Part shown: positions 44,225 through 54,856 of the stretch, one piece after another
How the letters are laid out: each line of letters begins with the position of its first letter
How positions within the stretch are numbered: position 1 is the stretch's first letter
Assembly: GCA_035906295.1 (NCBI GenBank)
Contig: JAMIFL010000128.1
Location: forward strand, 1-56,371
Length of the DNA stretch: 56,371 nucleotides
Direction: 5' to 3'
Source: Alphaproteobacteria bacterium
Lineage (GTDB): Bacteria > Pseudomonadota > Alphaproteobacteria > Micavibrionales > UBA1664
The notes under the pieces: model-generated
What the model was told of the DNA's origin: nothing
Databases searched by the model: none
The model's input: the letters and a program-made list of their open reading frames with translations, nothing else
Translations under genes and position numbers: made by a program

Positions 44225-44506
44225 ATGTTAAGCCCGATTACCGTTTTCGCCCTTGAGGCCGACACGCTGAAAACCGTGAAGGTGCACCCGCAAGGCCCCA
44301 TGATTCGCGCCGAAACCGTTGCGAAACAACCCCTCGACCTGCCGCGGGACCTGCACGACCTGTTCGCCGCGGCGCTTAAGCGCGGGCCCGTTCAGGTGGC
44401 CGTGTGCCGCATTCCCGGCGTGCGGGAAAACGCGCAGGGCACGCACCAGCGCGTGTACCTGGCGCCCGCCAACGACCGCATACAGACGGTGGGTGTGACC
44501 ATCTAG
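44225..44506 (+). CDS. Hypothetical protein (93 aa)
   Basis: ATG preceded by GAGGAAAGAG. Ends at the shared terminator. No family recognised. Confidence 0.4.
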   Translation: MLSPITVFALEADTLKTVKVHPQGPMIRAETVAKQPLDLPRDLHDLFAAALKRGPVQVAVCRIPGVRENAQGTHQRVYLAPANDRIQTVGVTI

Positions 44507-44507
44507 G

Positions 44508-44540
44508 CAAAAACCCCGGCTTTGAGCCGGGGTTTTTCTT
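44508..44540. terminator. Bidirectional terminator shared by the convergent 93-aa and 997-aa genes
   Basis: AAAAACCCCGGC-tttga-GCCGGGGTTTTT. Confidence 0.8.
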
Positions 44541-44568
44541 TTAAGCGACCGAAGGTCACGCTCCTGTA

Positions 44569-47562
44569 TCAGGCGACCGAGGGTCGCGCGGTCGGCAGGC
44601 GGGACTGGGGGACGCCCAACTGCATGCATTTCTTCTTGGCGGAGAAGGACATGCGGGTGGCGATGTCGGGCCGGGCGCGGGCGATTTTGGCCTGCGCGGC
44701 GGTCAGGGTCTGGAGAATCAGCGGTTCGGTCCATTTGAAGCGGGAGCCTTGTTCGACCGCGTTCAAGGCCAGCGTGGAGCCGCGGTTCTGTTCGAGGACG
44801 ATGAGCAGTTCGGCCTCGCGCGGGGTGAAGGTGATTTTGAGATTGCCGCATTTGAGCATGCCGCCCTCGCCTTCCTGCAAATCGAAATCGGTGGCGGGTT
44901 CGGCGGCGGGGGTTTCAGCGGCCAAGGCAGCCGAATGGCGCAAAGGCGTAAGCGCCCAGACATAGGCGCTGGCGCCATGGCGGCTGAAGGGCAGCACGAC
45001 ATCAGGGCAGTGGATGGCCCAGCGTTTTTCGACACGCTCGGCCATGCCTTTCACGTTCGCGATTTTGAGCCTGCGTTGCAGTTCATCGACGAAGAGGCCG
45101 CGGGGGTATTGTTCGGCCAGCAGGGTGAAGAGTTCGGTTTCCTGCGTGGAGAGGGCGAAGTCGGCGCCCTGTACCTTTGCGGCGCCGGTGGAGGGCGAGC
45201 GCAGGAGGACGAGGCCGCCGGTGAGTTCGACTTCCTCCGGCGTTTCGGCCGGTTCGGCAGCGCGGCGCTGGGCGGGCGCGGCACGGGGTGCGGGCGCTTC
45301 CTCCTCTATCACGTCGCCGTCGCGCAGCCATGCGAAGCCGCGGCCGCGCAGGGTGCGGAGTTTTTCGCCCCATTCGGTGGCGTGGAAATTGAGAATGCTG
45401 CGCAACTGGTTGACCGCGTGGGTCAGTTGGGCGGGGACGAAATTGCCGTCGCCGAAGACCTGGCGGTACAGGTCGGCGGACGACAGGGGCGCCGCCGTGT
45501 CGAGCTGTTCGCGGTGGGTATGCAGGGCGCGCAGGATTTTGACCTGCGGGGGCGTGAGGTCCTGATTTCGTTCATCGATGACGCCGCCGCCGGTTTCGGG
45601 GTCCACCTTCAGGGTGAAGCCGTCAAGCGGGTGGACGTCCCAGTTGATGACGCGCTGGGGCAGGTCCTGCTTCACGGTTTTAGGGGTGGGGGCCGCCTCG
45701 CCCGGCATGAGGCTGGCGTAGCCGTGGCCGTGGATGACGGCGAGCGCGTGCGCCCATTCCGGATTGATGCCGGTGAGGATGGAGCGCAGCTTGACCACGT
45801 CCTGCGAGATTTTCTGCTGCACGTAGGGGCGTGCGGGATAGACGCGTTCGAACATGTCGCGGTGGCTGACGATGGCGGGGCCTTCCTCGGTGCGCGCGGC
45901 GTGGGCCGCGGTGAGGATGGCGACCTGATAGGGGCGCAGGTCGACGGTGTGGCCTTCGATCATGCCGGTTTTCAGCGTGGGGTGGACGAGGACGGCGAAG
46001 TGGCCGAAATCATGCCGGTCCAGCGTTACTTCCGTGCCGGAGGCGCGGGCGAGGCGTTCGCGCATCAGGCCCTGCACGCGTTCCTTCGTTTCGGCGCGGG
46101 TGGTTTCGGGATCGGGGACTTCCTCGGCAGCGCCGTAGCTGACATAGGTGTCGTGGTAGATGTGGATGTTGGTGTCGGTTTCGCCCGCCTGTTCGAGTTT
46201 GCGGTACAAAGCGCGGGCGAGTTCGACGATATCCTCATCCGGCGATTTGTCGCCGCGCACGGGGTGGCTTTCGCCGCGGACCTGGCGGTAGAGCGAGTGG
46301 CCGCGCACGGCCTGCCCTTCGACCTGCACGAGTTGTTCGAGCAGGCGCAGTTCGGCTGTCGAGAACGCGATTTCGGTGCCGGTGAGCATGTAGCTGTTGG
46401 CGTTGTTGACGCGCAGGAACTGGTGCGGGCCCACGACCTTCACTTCCTGACGCAACTGCATGCTGAAGGTGCTGGCGTCGAAGACTTCGGGGTCGAAATA
46501 ATCGGGGTTGAGGGAGATGCGTTCATCTTCCGGGTCGACCATCAGCGCGGGGCCGCGGGCGACGAGGTAGCCGGAGAGAATGCTGTTGAGGGTATCCAGC
46601 GTTTCCTGATTGGACATCAGGAAATTGTCTTTCTGGGAGAGCGGGCGGCTCATGCGGTCGTGCAGGTATTCGAACATTTCGAACTGCGCATCGGTGATGG
46701 TGAGCGCGGTATCGGCCACGGCGTAGCCGCCGCCTTCCAGCGGGTCCAGGCGCAGCATGCCGCGGTGGACACGGTTCTCGGGCATGTCTTTGAGCATGTA
46801 ATAGCCGTCGCCCCATGACGTGCGCAGCAGGTCGAAGCCGAGGCCGGGGACACGCGCGTTGATTTTGCCGCGCACCTTGGTCATGAAGACGTCGATAATC
46901 TTGATTTCGGGTTCTTCCTCATCAAGGCCGTACATGCTTTTGAGGATCTGTTCCTTGGTGCGGACCTTGCCGCGCGCCCGCGCGAGGTAGGTGAGCACGC
47001 TGCGTTCGTGCGGCGTCAGCGGAATGCGGGCGCCATTGGCCGCCACCTCTCCGGTGCCGAGATCAATGGTCAGCGGACCCATGGAGAGGACGGCGCTGGC
47101 GCCAACGTTGCGGTTGACCGCGCGCGCGATTTTCAGCGGCAGCAGGGCCGGTTCGTTGGTCTGGTCGACGACGGTGGCGAAACCGGCGGAGAGGAGGTTG
47201 AATTCAACCTTGGGGCCCGGCGTGTCGACGTAGGCCACCAGCGGCATGTCGCCCGCGTTGTCGACGATGTCGCGGAGTTTCTTGAAATAAGGGTGGTTGC
47301 GCGCGTCGTGTTCGACCAGGTCGGCGTTGGGGACGACGAGGACCGCGTCGAAACCATCACCATCGCGGCGCAGGGTGGCGGCGAGTTCGTCGAGCGATTC
47401 AACGCCGAATTCCTCGTGCGCGAACGTGGCTGACCAGGGGATATTGCCGTAGTCGGCTTCAAGAAGCTTGAGGCGGCCGGGCAGTTCTTCGATGAGGTAG
47501 TCGCGGAATTCGCGGTCGGATTTCTTGGATTCGTCGGTATCGACGTAAATCAGCGTACGCAC
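44569..47562 (-). CDS. Multi-winged-helix (OmpR/PhoB-type) protein with degenerate receiver-like N-terminus (997 aa)
   Basis: GTG start 47560-47562 after AGGTGA. aa 158-258 is a canonical OmpR-type wHTH (PLTPHERSVLTYLARARGKVRTKEQIL...IIDVFMTKVRGKI...GDGYYM). About six more wHTH-like repeats follow. Confidence 0.85.
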   Translation of the reverse strand: MRTLIYVDTDESKKSDREFRDYLIEELPGRLKLLEADYGNIPWSATFAHEEFGVESLDELAATLRRDGDGFDAVLVVPNADLVEHDARNHPYFKKLRDIVDNAGDMPLVAYVDTPGPKVEFNLLSAGFATVVDQTNEPALLPLKIARAVNRNVGASAVLSMGPLTIDLGTGEVAANGARIPLTPHERSVLTYLARARGKVRTKEQILKSMYGLDEEEPEIKIIDVFMTKVRGKINARVPGLGFDLLRTSWGDGYYMLKDMPENRVHRGMLRLDPLEGGGYAVADTALTITDAQFEMFEYLHDRMSRPLSQKDNFLMSNQETLDTLNSILSGYLVARGPALMVDPEDERISLNPDYFDPEVFDASTFSMQLRQEVKVVGPHQFLRVNNANSYMLTGTEIAFSTAELRLLEQLVQVEGQAVRGHSLYRQVRGESHPVRGDKSPDEDIVELARALYRKLEQAGETDTNIHIYHDTYVSYGAAEEVPDPETTRAETKERVQGLMRERLARASGTEVTLDRHDFGHFAVLVHPTLKTGMIEGHTVDLRPYQVAILTAAHAARTEEGPAIVSHRDMFERVYPARPYVQQKISQDVVKLRSILTGINPEWAHALAVIHGHGYASLMPGEAAPTPKTVKQDLPQRVINWDVHPLDGFTLKVDPETGGGVIDERNQDLTPPQVKILRALHTHREQLDTAAPLSSADLYRQVFGDGNFVPAQLTHAVNQLRSILNFHATEWGEKLRTLRGRGFAWLRDGDVIEEEAPAPRAAPAQRRAAEPAETPEEVELTGGLVLLRSPSTGAAKVQGADFALSTQETELFTLLAEQYPRGLFVDELQRRLKIANVKGMAERVEKRWAIHCPDVVLPFSRHGASAYVWALTPLRHSAALAAETPAAEPATDFDLQEGEGGMLKCGNLKITFTPREAELLIVLEQNRGSTLALNAVEQGSRFKWTEPLILQTLTAAQAKIARARPDIATRMSFSAKKKCMQLGVPQSRLPTARPSVA

Positions 47563-47653
47563 TGCTCACCTGTCATTTTATTGTTACCCCCGGCTTCTGA
47601 TTAGCGCGGCGACAGGTGTTATGTCCAGTTTTCGTATCTGGTTTTTGGCAAAT

Positions 47654-47680
47654 AAAAAACCCCCGATGGCGGGGGTTTTT
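47654..47680. terminator. Intrinsic terminator after rplO
   Basis: AAAAAACCCCCG-atgg-CGGGGGTTTTT. On the minus strand it follows the rplO stop by about 40 nt. Confidence 0.8.
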
Positions 47681-47720
47681 CATGAGGCGCGGGACCCGGC
47701 TAAAGGCGCCCGCGAATATC

Positions 47721-48218
47721 TTAACCGATTTTCTTCTTGCGAACGACCGGCTTGCGCTCGATCACGATCAGGTCCAGCGTGCCGCCGGCTTTTTCAACGG
47801 CTGCCTTGGCAGCGTCGGAAGCGCCGGACACTTTCAGCGTCACTTTCGCTTTCAGCGTGCCGGTGCCCAGAAGGCGAACGCCGTCATGCTTGCGGCGGAT
47901 GACCTTGGCCGCGACCAGCGCGTCCTCGTCAATCGCCTTCTTGGCATCGAGCTTGCCGGCATCGATGGCGGTCTGCAGGGCGCCGAGGTTGATTTCGGCG
48001 TATTCCTTGCGGTTCGGCTTCTTGAAGCCGCGTTTCGGCAGGCGACGGTACAGGGGCGTCTGACCGCCTTCGAAGCCGTGCAGGGCGACGCCGGTACGGG
48101 CCGTCTGACCTTTACCGCCTTTGCCCGAGGTCTTGCCTTTGCCAGAACCGATACCGCGACCAACGCGCATGCGCTTTTTGCGGGAACCGTGTTTCGGTTT
48201 GAGTTCATTAAGTTTCAT
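47721..48218 (-). CDS. rplO: 50S ribosomal protein L15
   Basis: [38 protein letters not shown]... Confidence 0.95.
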   Translation of the reverse strand: MKLNELKPKHGSRKKRMRVGRGIGSGKGKTSGKGGKGQTARTGVALHGFEGGQTPLYRRLPKRGFKKPNRKEYAEINLGALQTAIDAGKLDAKKAIDEDALVAAKVIRRKHDGVRLLGTGTLKAKVTLKVSGASDAAKAAVEKAGGTLDLIVIERKPVVRKKKIG

Positions 48219-48233
48219 AGCAAACCTTCCTTA

Positions 48234-48488
48234 TTACGCGGCTTTGTCGTCAACGATTTTGACGAGGTGGGCCACTTTGCGGATCATGCCGCGCACAGCA
48301 GGAGTATCTTCCAGCGTGCGGGTGCGGTGACGCTTGTTGAGGCCGAGGCCTTTCAGAGTCGCTTCCTGGTCCGGGGTGCGGCCGATGGGGGAACCCGTCT
48401 GGGTCACCGTCACGGTCTTGCCGGATTTGGCTTCTTTTTTCGGAGCGGCGGTTTTGGCCGGCGCTTTTTTCGCTTTAGCTTCAGTCAT
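48234..48488 (-). CDS. rpmD: 50S ribosomal protein L30 with K/A-rich N-terminal extension
   Basis: Core [48 protein letters not shown]. Start taken at ATG 48488, which follows GAGGAA; ATG 48500 is an alternative. Confidence 0.9.
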   Translation of the reverse strand: MTEAKAKKAPAKTAAPKKEAKSGKTVTVTQTGSPIGRTPDQEATLKGLGLNKRHRTRTLEDTPAVRGMIRKVAHLVKIVDDKAA

Positions 48489-49053
48489 CGGATTCCTCAT
48501 CTTTCGCGCCGCCCTGACGGTTCACGACGATGTCGCTGACTTTCTTGCCACGACGCGTTGCGATCTGGCGCGGCGACTGCATGTTTTTCAGCGCATCGAA
48601 CGTGGCTTTCACCATGTTGTGCGGGTTGTTGGTGCCCGTTGCCTTGGCAACGATGTCCTGGATGCCGACCGCTTCGAAAATCGCGCGCATCGGGCCACCA
48701 GCGATGATACCCGTACCGGCCGGAGCCGCGCGCAGGATCACTTTACCGGCGCCGAAATGGCCGCGGATGTCGTGGTGGATGGTGCGGCCTTCACGCAGCG
48801 GAACGCGCAGCATGTGGCGTTTGGCCTGTTCGGTCGCCTTTTTGATAGCTTCCGGAACTTCCTTCGATTTCGCGTGACCGGTACCGACGCGGCCTTTGCC
48901 GTCGCCGACGACGACCAGCGCCGCGAATGCGAAGCGACGGCCACCTTTCACCGTTTTAGCGACGCGGTTGATGGCAACCAGTTTTTCAACCAGGTCGCTA
49001 TGCTCGCGTTCTTTGCCGTCTTTTTCAGGACGTTTACCTTCGGGGCGTGCCAT
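48481..49053 (-). CDS. rpsE: 30S ribosomal protein S5
   Basis: [33 protein letters not shown]... Confidence 0.97.
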   Translation of the reverse strand: MARPEGKRPEKDGKEREHSDLVEKLVAINRVAKTVKGGRRFAFAALVVVGDGKGRVGTGHAKSKEVPEAIKKATEQAKRHMLRVPLREGRTIHHDIRGHFGAGKVILRAAPAGTGIIAGGPMRAIFEAVGIQDIVAKATGTNNPHNMVKATFDALKNMQSPRQIATRRGKKVSDIVVNRQGGAKDEESDD

Positions 49054-49064
49054 TCATGTTCTCC

Positions 49065-49436
49065 TTAGAATTCCAGTCCGCCTTCGCGCGCAGCCTCGGC
49101 CAAAGCCTTGACGCGGCCATGATACAGGTACGACCCGCGGTCGAACACAACCTGTTTCACACCCGCCTTTTTGGCGCGTGCGGCGATCAATTTGCCGACT
49201 TCCGTGGCAGCGGCAACGTTGCCGCCGATTTTCACGGAAGACTTGATTTCTTTCTCGACAGTCGAGGCCTGGGCCAGCGTGACGCCTTTGGCGTCGTCGA
49301 TGACCTGGGCATAGATGTTCGTGGCCGAACGATAGATGTTCAGACGCGGGCGGCCGCCTTTGATGGCCAGAGCGCGAACCTTGTTGCGGTTGCGGTACTG
49401 GCGGCGCTGGACCGTAGTGGTTTTCGGTTTCTTCAT
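49065..49436 (-). CDS. rplR: 50S ribosomal protein L18
   Basis: [20 protein letters not shown]...[28 protein letters not shown]. Confidence 0.97.
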   Translation of the reverse strand: MKKPKTTTVQRRQYRNRNKVRALAIKGGRPRLNIYRSATNIYAQVIDDAKGVTLAQASTVEKEIKSSVKIGGNVAAATEVGKLIAARAKKAGVKQVVFDRGSYLYHGRVKALAEAAREGGLEF

Positions 49437-49445
49437 GGCGGCCCC

Positions 49446-49976
49446 TTACTTCTTCTTGCCTTCTTTGCGGATGATCCGCTCGTTGTCGTACTTGATGCCT
49501 TTGCCTTTGTACGGCTCCGGCTCGCGGAAACCACGAATCTCAGCAGCGACCTGACCGACTTTCTGTTTGTCGGAACCGGAGACGGTGATGGCGGTTTGTT
49601 TTTCGACCGCAATCTTGATGCCTTCCGGAATCGGGTACTTGATGTCGTGGCTGTAGCCGAGCTGCATCACCAGTTCCTTACCGGCAACCTGGGCGCGGTA
49701 ACCGACGCCGTTGATTTCCAGTTTCTTTTCAAAGCCGGTTTCCAGGCCTTTGAAAAGGTTGGTGATATTGCGCTGGGTGGTTGCCCACATGGCGCGGTTG
49801 GCGGCACCATCGATCGGGTCGACGGTGATTTTACCATCGGCCATTTTCACGGCGACGTCCTGAGTAAAGTGAACGACGCCTTCGCCCAGCTTGCCCTTTG
49901 CCTTCACATGGTCGGCCTTGACCTCGACGGTCATGCCGGCCGGAACGGCAACAGCGTGTTTGCCTACGCGTGACAT
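49446..49976 (-). CDS. rplF: 50S ribosomal protein L6
   Basis: Start set at ATG 49976 (MSRVGKHAVAVPAGMTVEV). TAATG overlap with rpsH. Confidence 0.96.
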   Translation of the reverse strand: MSRVGKHAVAVPAGMTVEVKADHVKAKGKLGEGVVHFTQDVAVKMADGKITVDPIDGAANRAMWATTQRNITNLFKGLETGFEKKLEINGVGYRAQVAGKELVMQLGYSHDIKYPIPEGIKIAVEKQTAITVSGSDKQKVGQVAAEIRGFREPEPYKGKGIKYDNERIIRKEGKKK

Positions 49977-50359
49977 TAGAACACCTCGCACAGAAGTTCG
50001 CCGCCGACGTTTTCCTTGCGGGCAGCATGATCGGTCATGACGCCGTGGGGGGTCGACAGGATGGTGATGCCAAGGCCGTTGTGCACAGTACGCAGGCTCT
50101 TGACGTTGGAGTAAACGCGGCGACCGGGGGTCGAGACACGTTTGATGGTGCGGATGGCGGGTTGGCCTTCCGAATACTTCAACTCAATCGAAAGCCCTTT
50201 ATCATCAGCGTTATAGCCGCGGATGTAACCTTCGTTCTTGAGCACGTCGAGCACGCTACGGCGCAGACGTGAGTTCGGGCTGGCGATAGTCGCCAGTTTG
50301 GCTTGTTGACCGTTACGAATGCGGGTCAACAGATCGCCGAGAGGATCGCTCATTGACAT
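49976..50359 (-). CDS. rpsH: 30S ribosomal protein S8
   Basis: MSMSDPLGDLLTRIRNGQQAK... Confidence 0.97.
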   Translation of the reverse strand: MSMSDPLGDLLTRIRNGQQAKLATIASPNSRLRRSVLDVLKNEGYIRGYNADDKGLSIELKYSEGQPAIRTIKRVSTPGRRVYSNVKSLRTVHNGLGITILSTPHGVMTDHAARKENVGGELLCEVF

Positions 50360-50378
50360 GGGATTTCCTCGTCCTTTC

Positions 50379-50684
50379 TTACCAGCTGGATTTCACAACG
50401 CCGGGCAACTCACCACGCGAAGCTTTTTCGCGCAGCATGTTACGGCACAATTTAAACTTACGGTGAACGGCACGCGGGCGACCGGTCAGGGCGCAACGGT
50501 TACGTTTCCGTACTTTCGCGGAATTGCGGGGCAGTTTCGCGAGTTTCATGTTGGCCTCGAAAATCTCGGCCGGGTCGGCGGAACGGTCACGTGCCACTTC
50601 GAGCAGTTTCTCGCGTTTGGACGAGAAGCGTTTTTCGAGCTTGGCGCGTTTTTTATCGCGTTCGATCATGCAGGTTTTTGCCAT
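50379..50684 (-). CDS. rpsN: 30S ribosomal protein S14
   Basis: [16 protein letters not shown]...[22 protein letters not shown]. Confidence 0.97.
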   Translation of the reverse strand: MAKTCMIERDKKRAKLEKRFSSKREKLLEVARDRSADPAEIFEANMKLAKLPRNSAKVRKRNRCALTGRPRAVHRKFKLCRNMLREKASRGELPGVVKSSW

Positions 50685-50698
50685 TGTCTCAAATCTCC

Positions 50699-51346
<648 letters not shown>

Positions 51347-51348
51347 GA

Positions 51349-51678
51349 TTATTTGCCCTCGATGGTTTCGCCGGAAGCTTTCGCAACGCGGACTTTGGTT
51401 CCGTCCTTCAGGACTTTGTATGCGACGCGGGTGGCTTTGCCGGTTTTCGGATCGGCCAGCGCGACGTTGGAGATGTGGATCGTGCCTTCGACTTTCTCGA
51501 TGCCGCCCGGGGTGGTCTGGGTCGGCTTCTTGTGCATCGTGCGCATGTTCACGCCCGAAACGCGGACGCGGTTTTCAGCGCGGATGACTTCGATGACTTC
51601 ACCCTTGGCGCCTTTGTTGGCACCGGAGATGACGACAACCTGATCGCCCTTTTTAATCTTGAGTTTAGCGGCGGTCAT
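51349..51678 (-). CDS. rplX: 50S ribosomal protein L24
   Basis: [25 protein letters not shown]... Confidence 0.95.
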   Translation of the reverse strand: MTAAKLKIKKGDQVVVISGANKGAKGEVIEVIRAENRVRVSGVNMRTMHKKPTQTTPGGIEKVEGTIHISNVALADPKTGKATRVAYKVLKDGTKVRVAKASGETIEGK

Positions 51679-52046
51679 TACAGCACCTCAGCAGCAAGCG
51701 AAATGATTTTCAGGTAGCCTTCGCCACGCAGTTCGCGGGTGACGGGGCCGAAGATACGGGTGCCAACCGGTTCTTTCTGGTTGTTGACCAGAACGACCGC
51801 GTTGGAGTCGAAACGGATGAGGGTACCGTCTTCGCGTTTCATGCCGGTCTTGGTGCGGACGATAACCGCCTTCACGACCTGGCCTTTTTTCACGCGGCCG
51901 CGCGGGATTGCATCACGCACGGAGACGACGATTTCCTCGCCGATATTCGCGGTACGCTTGTGCGAACCGCCCAGTACCTTAATGCACATCACTTTCTTGG
52001 CGCCGGAGTTGTCGGCCACGTCAAGAACGGTTTGCATCTGAATCAT
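51678..52046 (-). CDS. rplN: 50S ribosomal protein L14
   Basis: [28 protein letters not shown]... Confidence 0.97.
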   Translation of the reverse strand: MIQMQTVLDVADNSGAKKVMCIKVLGGSHKRTANIGEEIVVSVRDAIPRGRVKKGQVVKAVIVRTKTGMKREDGTLIRFDSNAVVLVNNQKEPVGTRIFGPVTRELRGEGYLKIISLAAEVL

Positions 52047-52061
52047 AGCTTCACCTATCTC

Positions 52062-52472
52062 TTACTTAGCTGCTTTAGCAGCAGGCTTTTTAGCAGCCGG
52101 CTTCTTATCTGCAGCGGGTTTCTCGGCAGCCGGTTTAGCAGCCTTTTTCGGGGCGGCCTTAGCGGCTTTGGTTTCTTCCTTGGCGGGGACGTTCGTCGCC
52201 GGGTCGAAGGATTTCACGTCGCGGGCTTTGCCGAAACGGTCGCGGCCTTCGATGACCTTCCAGGATTTGTTCTTCGAAATCGGACGGCATTCCTCGATCG
52301 AGACCGTGTCGCCAGCCTGGCAGACATTGGCTTCGTCGTGAGCCGAGTACTTGGACGACTTCTTCACGTATTTCTTGTATTTCGGGTGCATGACGCGACG
52401 TTCGACCAAGACCGTGATGGTCTTGTTCATTTTGTCGGAAACGACGGTGCCTTGCAGGACGCGGCGGGGCAT
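52062..52472 (-). CDS. rpsQ: 30S ribosomal protein S17 with K/A/P-rich C-terminal extension
   Basis: [35 protein letters not shown]... plus a tail of about 50 aa, ...[35 protein letters not shown]. Confidence 0.95.
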   Translation of the reverse strand: MPRRVLQGTVVSDKMNKTITVLVERRVMHPKYKKYVKKSSKYSAHDEANVCQAGDTVSIEECRPISKNKSWKVIEGRDRFGKARDVKSFDPATNVPAKEETKAAKAAPKKAAKPAAEKPAADKKPAAKKPAAKAAK

Positions 52473-52484
52473 TGTTCTCTCTCC

Positions 52485-52772
52485 TTATGCCTTTGCCTTC
52501 GCTGCTTTTTTGGCAGCGGGGGCTTTTTTCGGGGCGGCGGCCTTTTTCTCGGCGGCGGGCTTCGCAGCCTTGGCCGGTTTCGCAGCACCGTTATTCTGGT
52601 TCAGCAGCGTCTTGGCGCGCGCGATGTCGCGGCGGACGACGCGCAGCTGGCTGGTATTCGCCAGTTGCTGACCCGACTTCTGGAAGCGCAGGGTCATTTG
52701 CTCCTTGCGCAGTTCCATGATCATTTCTTTCAGTTCGTCTGCGGATTTGGACCGCATAGCTTCGGCTTTCAT
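52485..52772 (-). CDS. rpmC: 50S ribosomal protein L29 with K/A-rich C-terminal extension
   Basis: ELKEMIMELRKEQMTLRFQKSGQQLANTSQLRVVRRDIARAKT plus tail [33 protein letters not shown]. Confidence 0.93.
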   Translation of the reverse strand: MKAEAMRSKSADELKEMIMELRKEQMTLRFQKSGQQLANTSQLRVVRRDIARAKTLLNQNNGAAKPAKAAKPAAEKKAAAPKKAPAAKKAAKAKA

Positions 52773-52789
52773 AGCTCTTCTTCCTCTAT

Positions 52790-53203
52790 TTATTCGCCGA
52801 TACGAGCGACGACTTTGGTTTTCAGCGGCAGCTTGGCTGCGGCCAGTTGCAGCGCTTCACGGGCGAGCTGGGTCGGGATACCGTCCAGTTCGAACATGAT
52901 GCGGCCCGGCTTCACGCGGCAGACCCAGTATTCCGGTGCACCTTTACCGGAACCCATACGGACTTCCAAGGGTTTCTTTGAAACCGGCACGTCCGGGAAG
53001 ACGCGGATCCAGAGCTGGCCCTGGCGTTTCATGTGACGCGAGATGGCGCGGCGTGCGGCTTCGATCTGGCGCGCGGTGACGCGTTCCGGCTCGAGCGCCT
53101 TGAGGCCCACGGAACCGAAGTTCAGGTCGGTGCCGCCTTTGGCGGCGCCGCTGATGCGGCCCTTGTGGGCCTTGCGGTACTTCGTGCGTTTAGGTTGCAT
53201 CAT
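52790..53203 (-). CDS. rplP: 50S ribosomal protein L16
   Basis: [30 protein letters not shown]... Confidence 0.97.
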   Translation of the reverse strand: MMQPKRTKYRKAHKGRISGAAKGGTDLNFGSVGLKALEPERVTARQIEAARRAISRHMKRQGQLWIRVFPDVPVSKKPLEVRMGSGKGAPEYWVCRVKPGRIMFELDGIPTQLAREALQLAAAKLPLKTKVVARIGE

Positions 53204-53232
53204 GTTGGCGATTCCTTATCCAAATATTCTTC

Positions 53233-54024
53233 TTATTCTTTGTTCTCGCTGCGGTCGGGACGCTCGCCACGGGGCTTGCGCGGACCACGATCGTCACGCT
53301 CGGGACGCGGACCGCGGTCTTCGCGGTTGCCTTCCGGACGGCCGTCACGGTTCCAGCCCTGGGCTTCCGAGACGCGCTTGTCGCGTGCCATCGGGTCGTG
53401 CGCCATGACTTCACCTTTGTAGATCCAGACCTTGCAGCCAATGATGCCGTAGGTGGTCAGCGCTTCGGCGAAGCCGAAGTCGATGTCGGCGCGCAGGGTG
53501 TGCAAGGGCACGCGGCCTTCGCGGTACCATTCCATGCGGGCGATGTCGGCACCGGCCAGACGGCCGGAGACGTTGATACGGATGCCCTGGCCACCCATGC
53601 GGAGGGCGGACTGGACAGCGCGTTTCATGGCGCGGCGGAAAGCGACGCGGCGTTCGAGCTGCTGGGCGACGCCTTCGGCGACGAGCTGGGCATCGACTTC
53701 CGGCTTGCGGATTTCGACGATGTTCAGCGCGACGTCGGCGTTGGCTTTATCAGCCAGTTCCTTGCGCAGTTTCTCGATGTCGGCGCCTTTTTTGCCGATG
53801 ATCACGCCCGGGCGGGCCGTGTGGATCGAGACACGCACGTTTTTCGCAGCGCGTTCGACGATGACTTTCGACACGCCGGCGGCTTTGAGTTTTTCGTGCA
53901 CGTATTTGCGCAGCTTGAGATCGTCGATCAGCTTGCCTGCGTAATCGCGGTCGGCGAACCAGCGCGAGTCCCAGGTGCGGTTAATACCAACGCGCATACC
54001 GATCGGATTGACTTTCTGACCCAT
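53233..54024 (-). CDS. rpsC: 30S ribosomal protein S3
   Basis: [24 protein letters not shown]... R/D/E/P-rich C-terminal tail. Confidence 0.97.
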   Translation of the reverse strand: MGQKVNPIGMRVGINRTWDSRWFADRDYAGKLIDDLKLRKYVHEKLKAAGVSKVIVERAAKNVRVSIHTARPGVIIGKKGADIEKLRKELADKANADVALNIVEIRKPEVDAQLVAEGVAQQLERRVAFRRAMKRAVQSALRMGGQGIRINVSGRLAGADIARMEWYREGRVPLHTLRADIDFGFAEALTTYGIIGCKVWIYKGEVMAHDPMARDKRVSEAQGWNRDGRPEGNREDRGPRPERDDRGPRKPRGERPDRSENKE

Positions 54025-54026
54025 GA

Positions 54027-54527
54027 TTACGCTTCCTTCGTTTTTGCGTTTGCGGCAGCTTTAGCCGCAGGAGCAGCAGCTTTTTTAGCGGCCGGTTTCT
54101 TGGCGGTTTTAGCTTTTGCTTCGGTTTTAGCCGGTTTCGCAGCCTTCTTAGCCTCTTTATCGGCTTCGCGCACTACAATCGTGAGGCGCGAGAAGGGTTT
54201 TTCCACGCGAGATGCCTTACCGCGGCCACGAGCGTGAAAACGCATCATGGACATGGTGCGGCCGACCGAGGCTTCGGCGACGACCAGACGGTCGACGTCG
54301 AGGTTATGGTTATTCTCGGCGTTGTTCACGGCGGCCTTCAGGACTTTCTGAACGTCCTTGGCGATGCGACGGTTGGAGAACTCCAAGTCAACCAAGGCTT
54401 TCTCGGCCGATTTGCCACGGATCATGGCAGCGACCAGGTTCAGCTTGCGCGCGCTGGTACGCAGGTATTTCGCGTATGCGCGGGCCTCATTCTTGGCCTG
54501 ACGGGGTTCGTTTGCGGGTTTGCTCAT
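54027..54527 (-). CDS. rplV: 50S ribosomal protein L22 with K/A-rich C-terminal extension
   Basis: [37 protein letters not shown]... plus tail [43 protein letters not shown]. Confidence 0.95.
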   Translation of the reverse strand: MSKPANEPRQAKNEARAYAKYLRTSARKLNLVAAMIRGKSAEKALVDLEFSNRRIAKDVQKVLKAAVNNAENNHNLDVDRLVVAEASVGRTMSMMRFHARGRGKASRVEKPFSRLTIVVREADKEAKKAAKPAKTEAKAKTAKKPAAKKAAAPAAKAAANAKTKEA

Positions 54528-54539
54528 TTTCGCTCTCCG

Positions 54540-54842
54540 TTATTTCTGTGATGCGGCGGGTTTCGCTGCATCAGCTTTCTTGTCGGCAGCGGTGTGCGCG
54601 ACGAAGGTGCGGGTGGGGGCAAATTCGCCGAGACGGTGACCGATCATGTTGTCGGTAACGATAACGGGGATGAATTTGTGACCGTTGTAGACGCCAAAGG
54701 TCAGGTTCACGAAGTGCGGCAGGATGACCGTCGCACGGGAGTGAGTCTGAATGATGACGTTCTTGCTGCCGGCACGCGCCTTCTCGACCTTTTTGAGGAC
54801 GGAGGGGTGAACGTACGGGCCTTTCCAGGTTGAACGAGCCAT
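54540..54842 (-). CDS. rpsS: 30S ribosomal protein S19
   Basis: [19 protein letters not shown]...[13 protein letters not shown]. Confidence 0.97.
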   Translation of the reverse strand: MARSTWKGPYVHPSVLKKVEKARAGSKNVIIQTHSRATVILPHFVNLTFGVYNGHKFIPVIVTDNMIGHRLGEFAPTRTFVAHTAADKKADAAKPAASQK

Positions 54843-54856
54843 GGTTTTCTATCCTC

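Noticed and set aside
43954-44301. 115-aa minus-strand ORF in the secY upstream spacer
   Set aside because: No SD sequence and odd composition. It runs through a terminator-like hairpin and overlaps the better-supported 93-aa plus-strand ORF start. Likely non-coding.
44749-46818. 689-aa plus-strand ORF opposite the multi-wHTH gene
   Set aside because: Same shadow-ORF composition (G/A/V/D/F/E-rich). The minus frame shows repeated, recognisable wHTH modules and is bounded by a start with an SD sequence and by a terminator.
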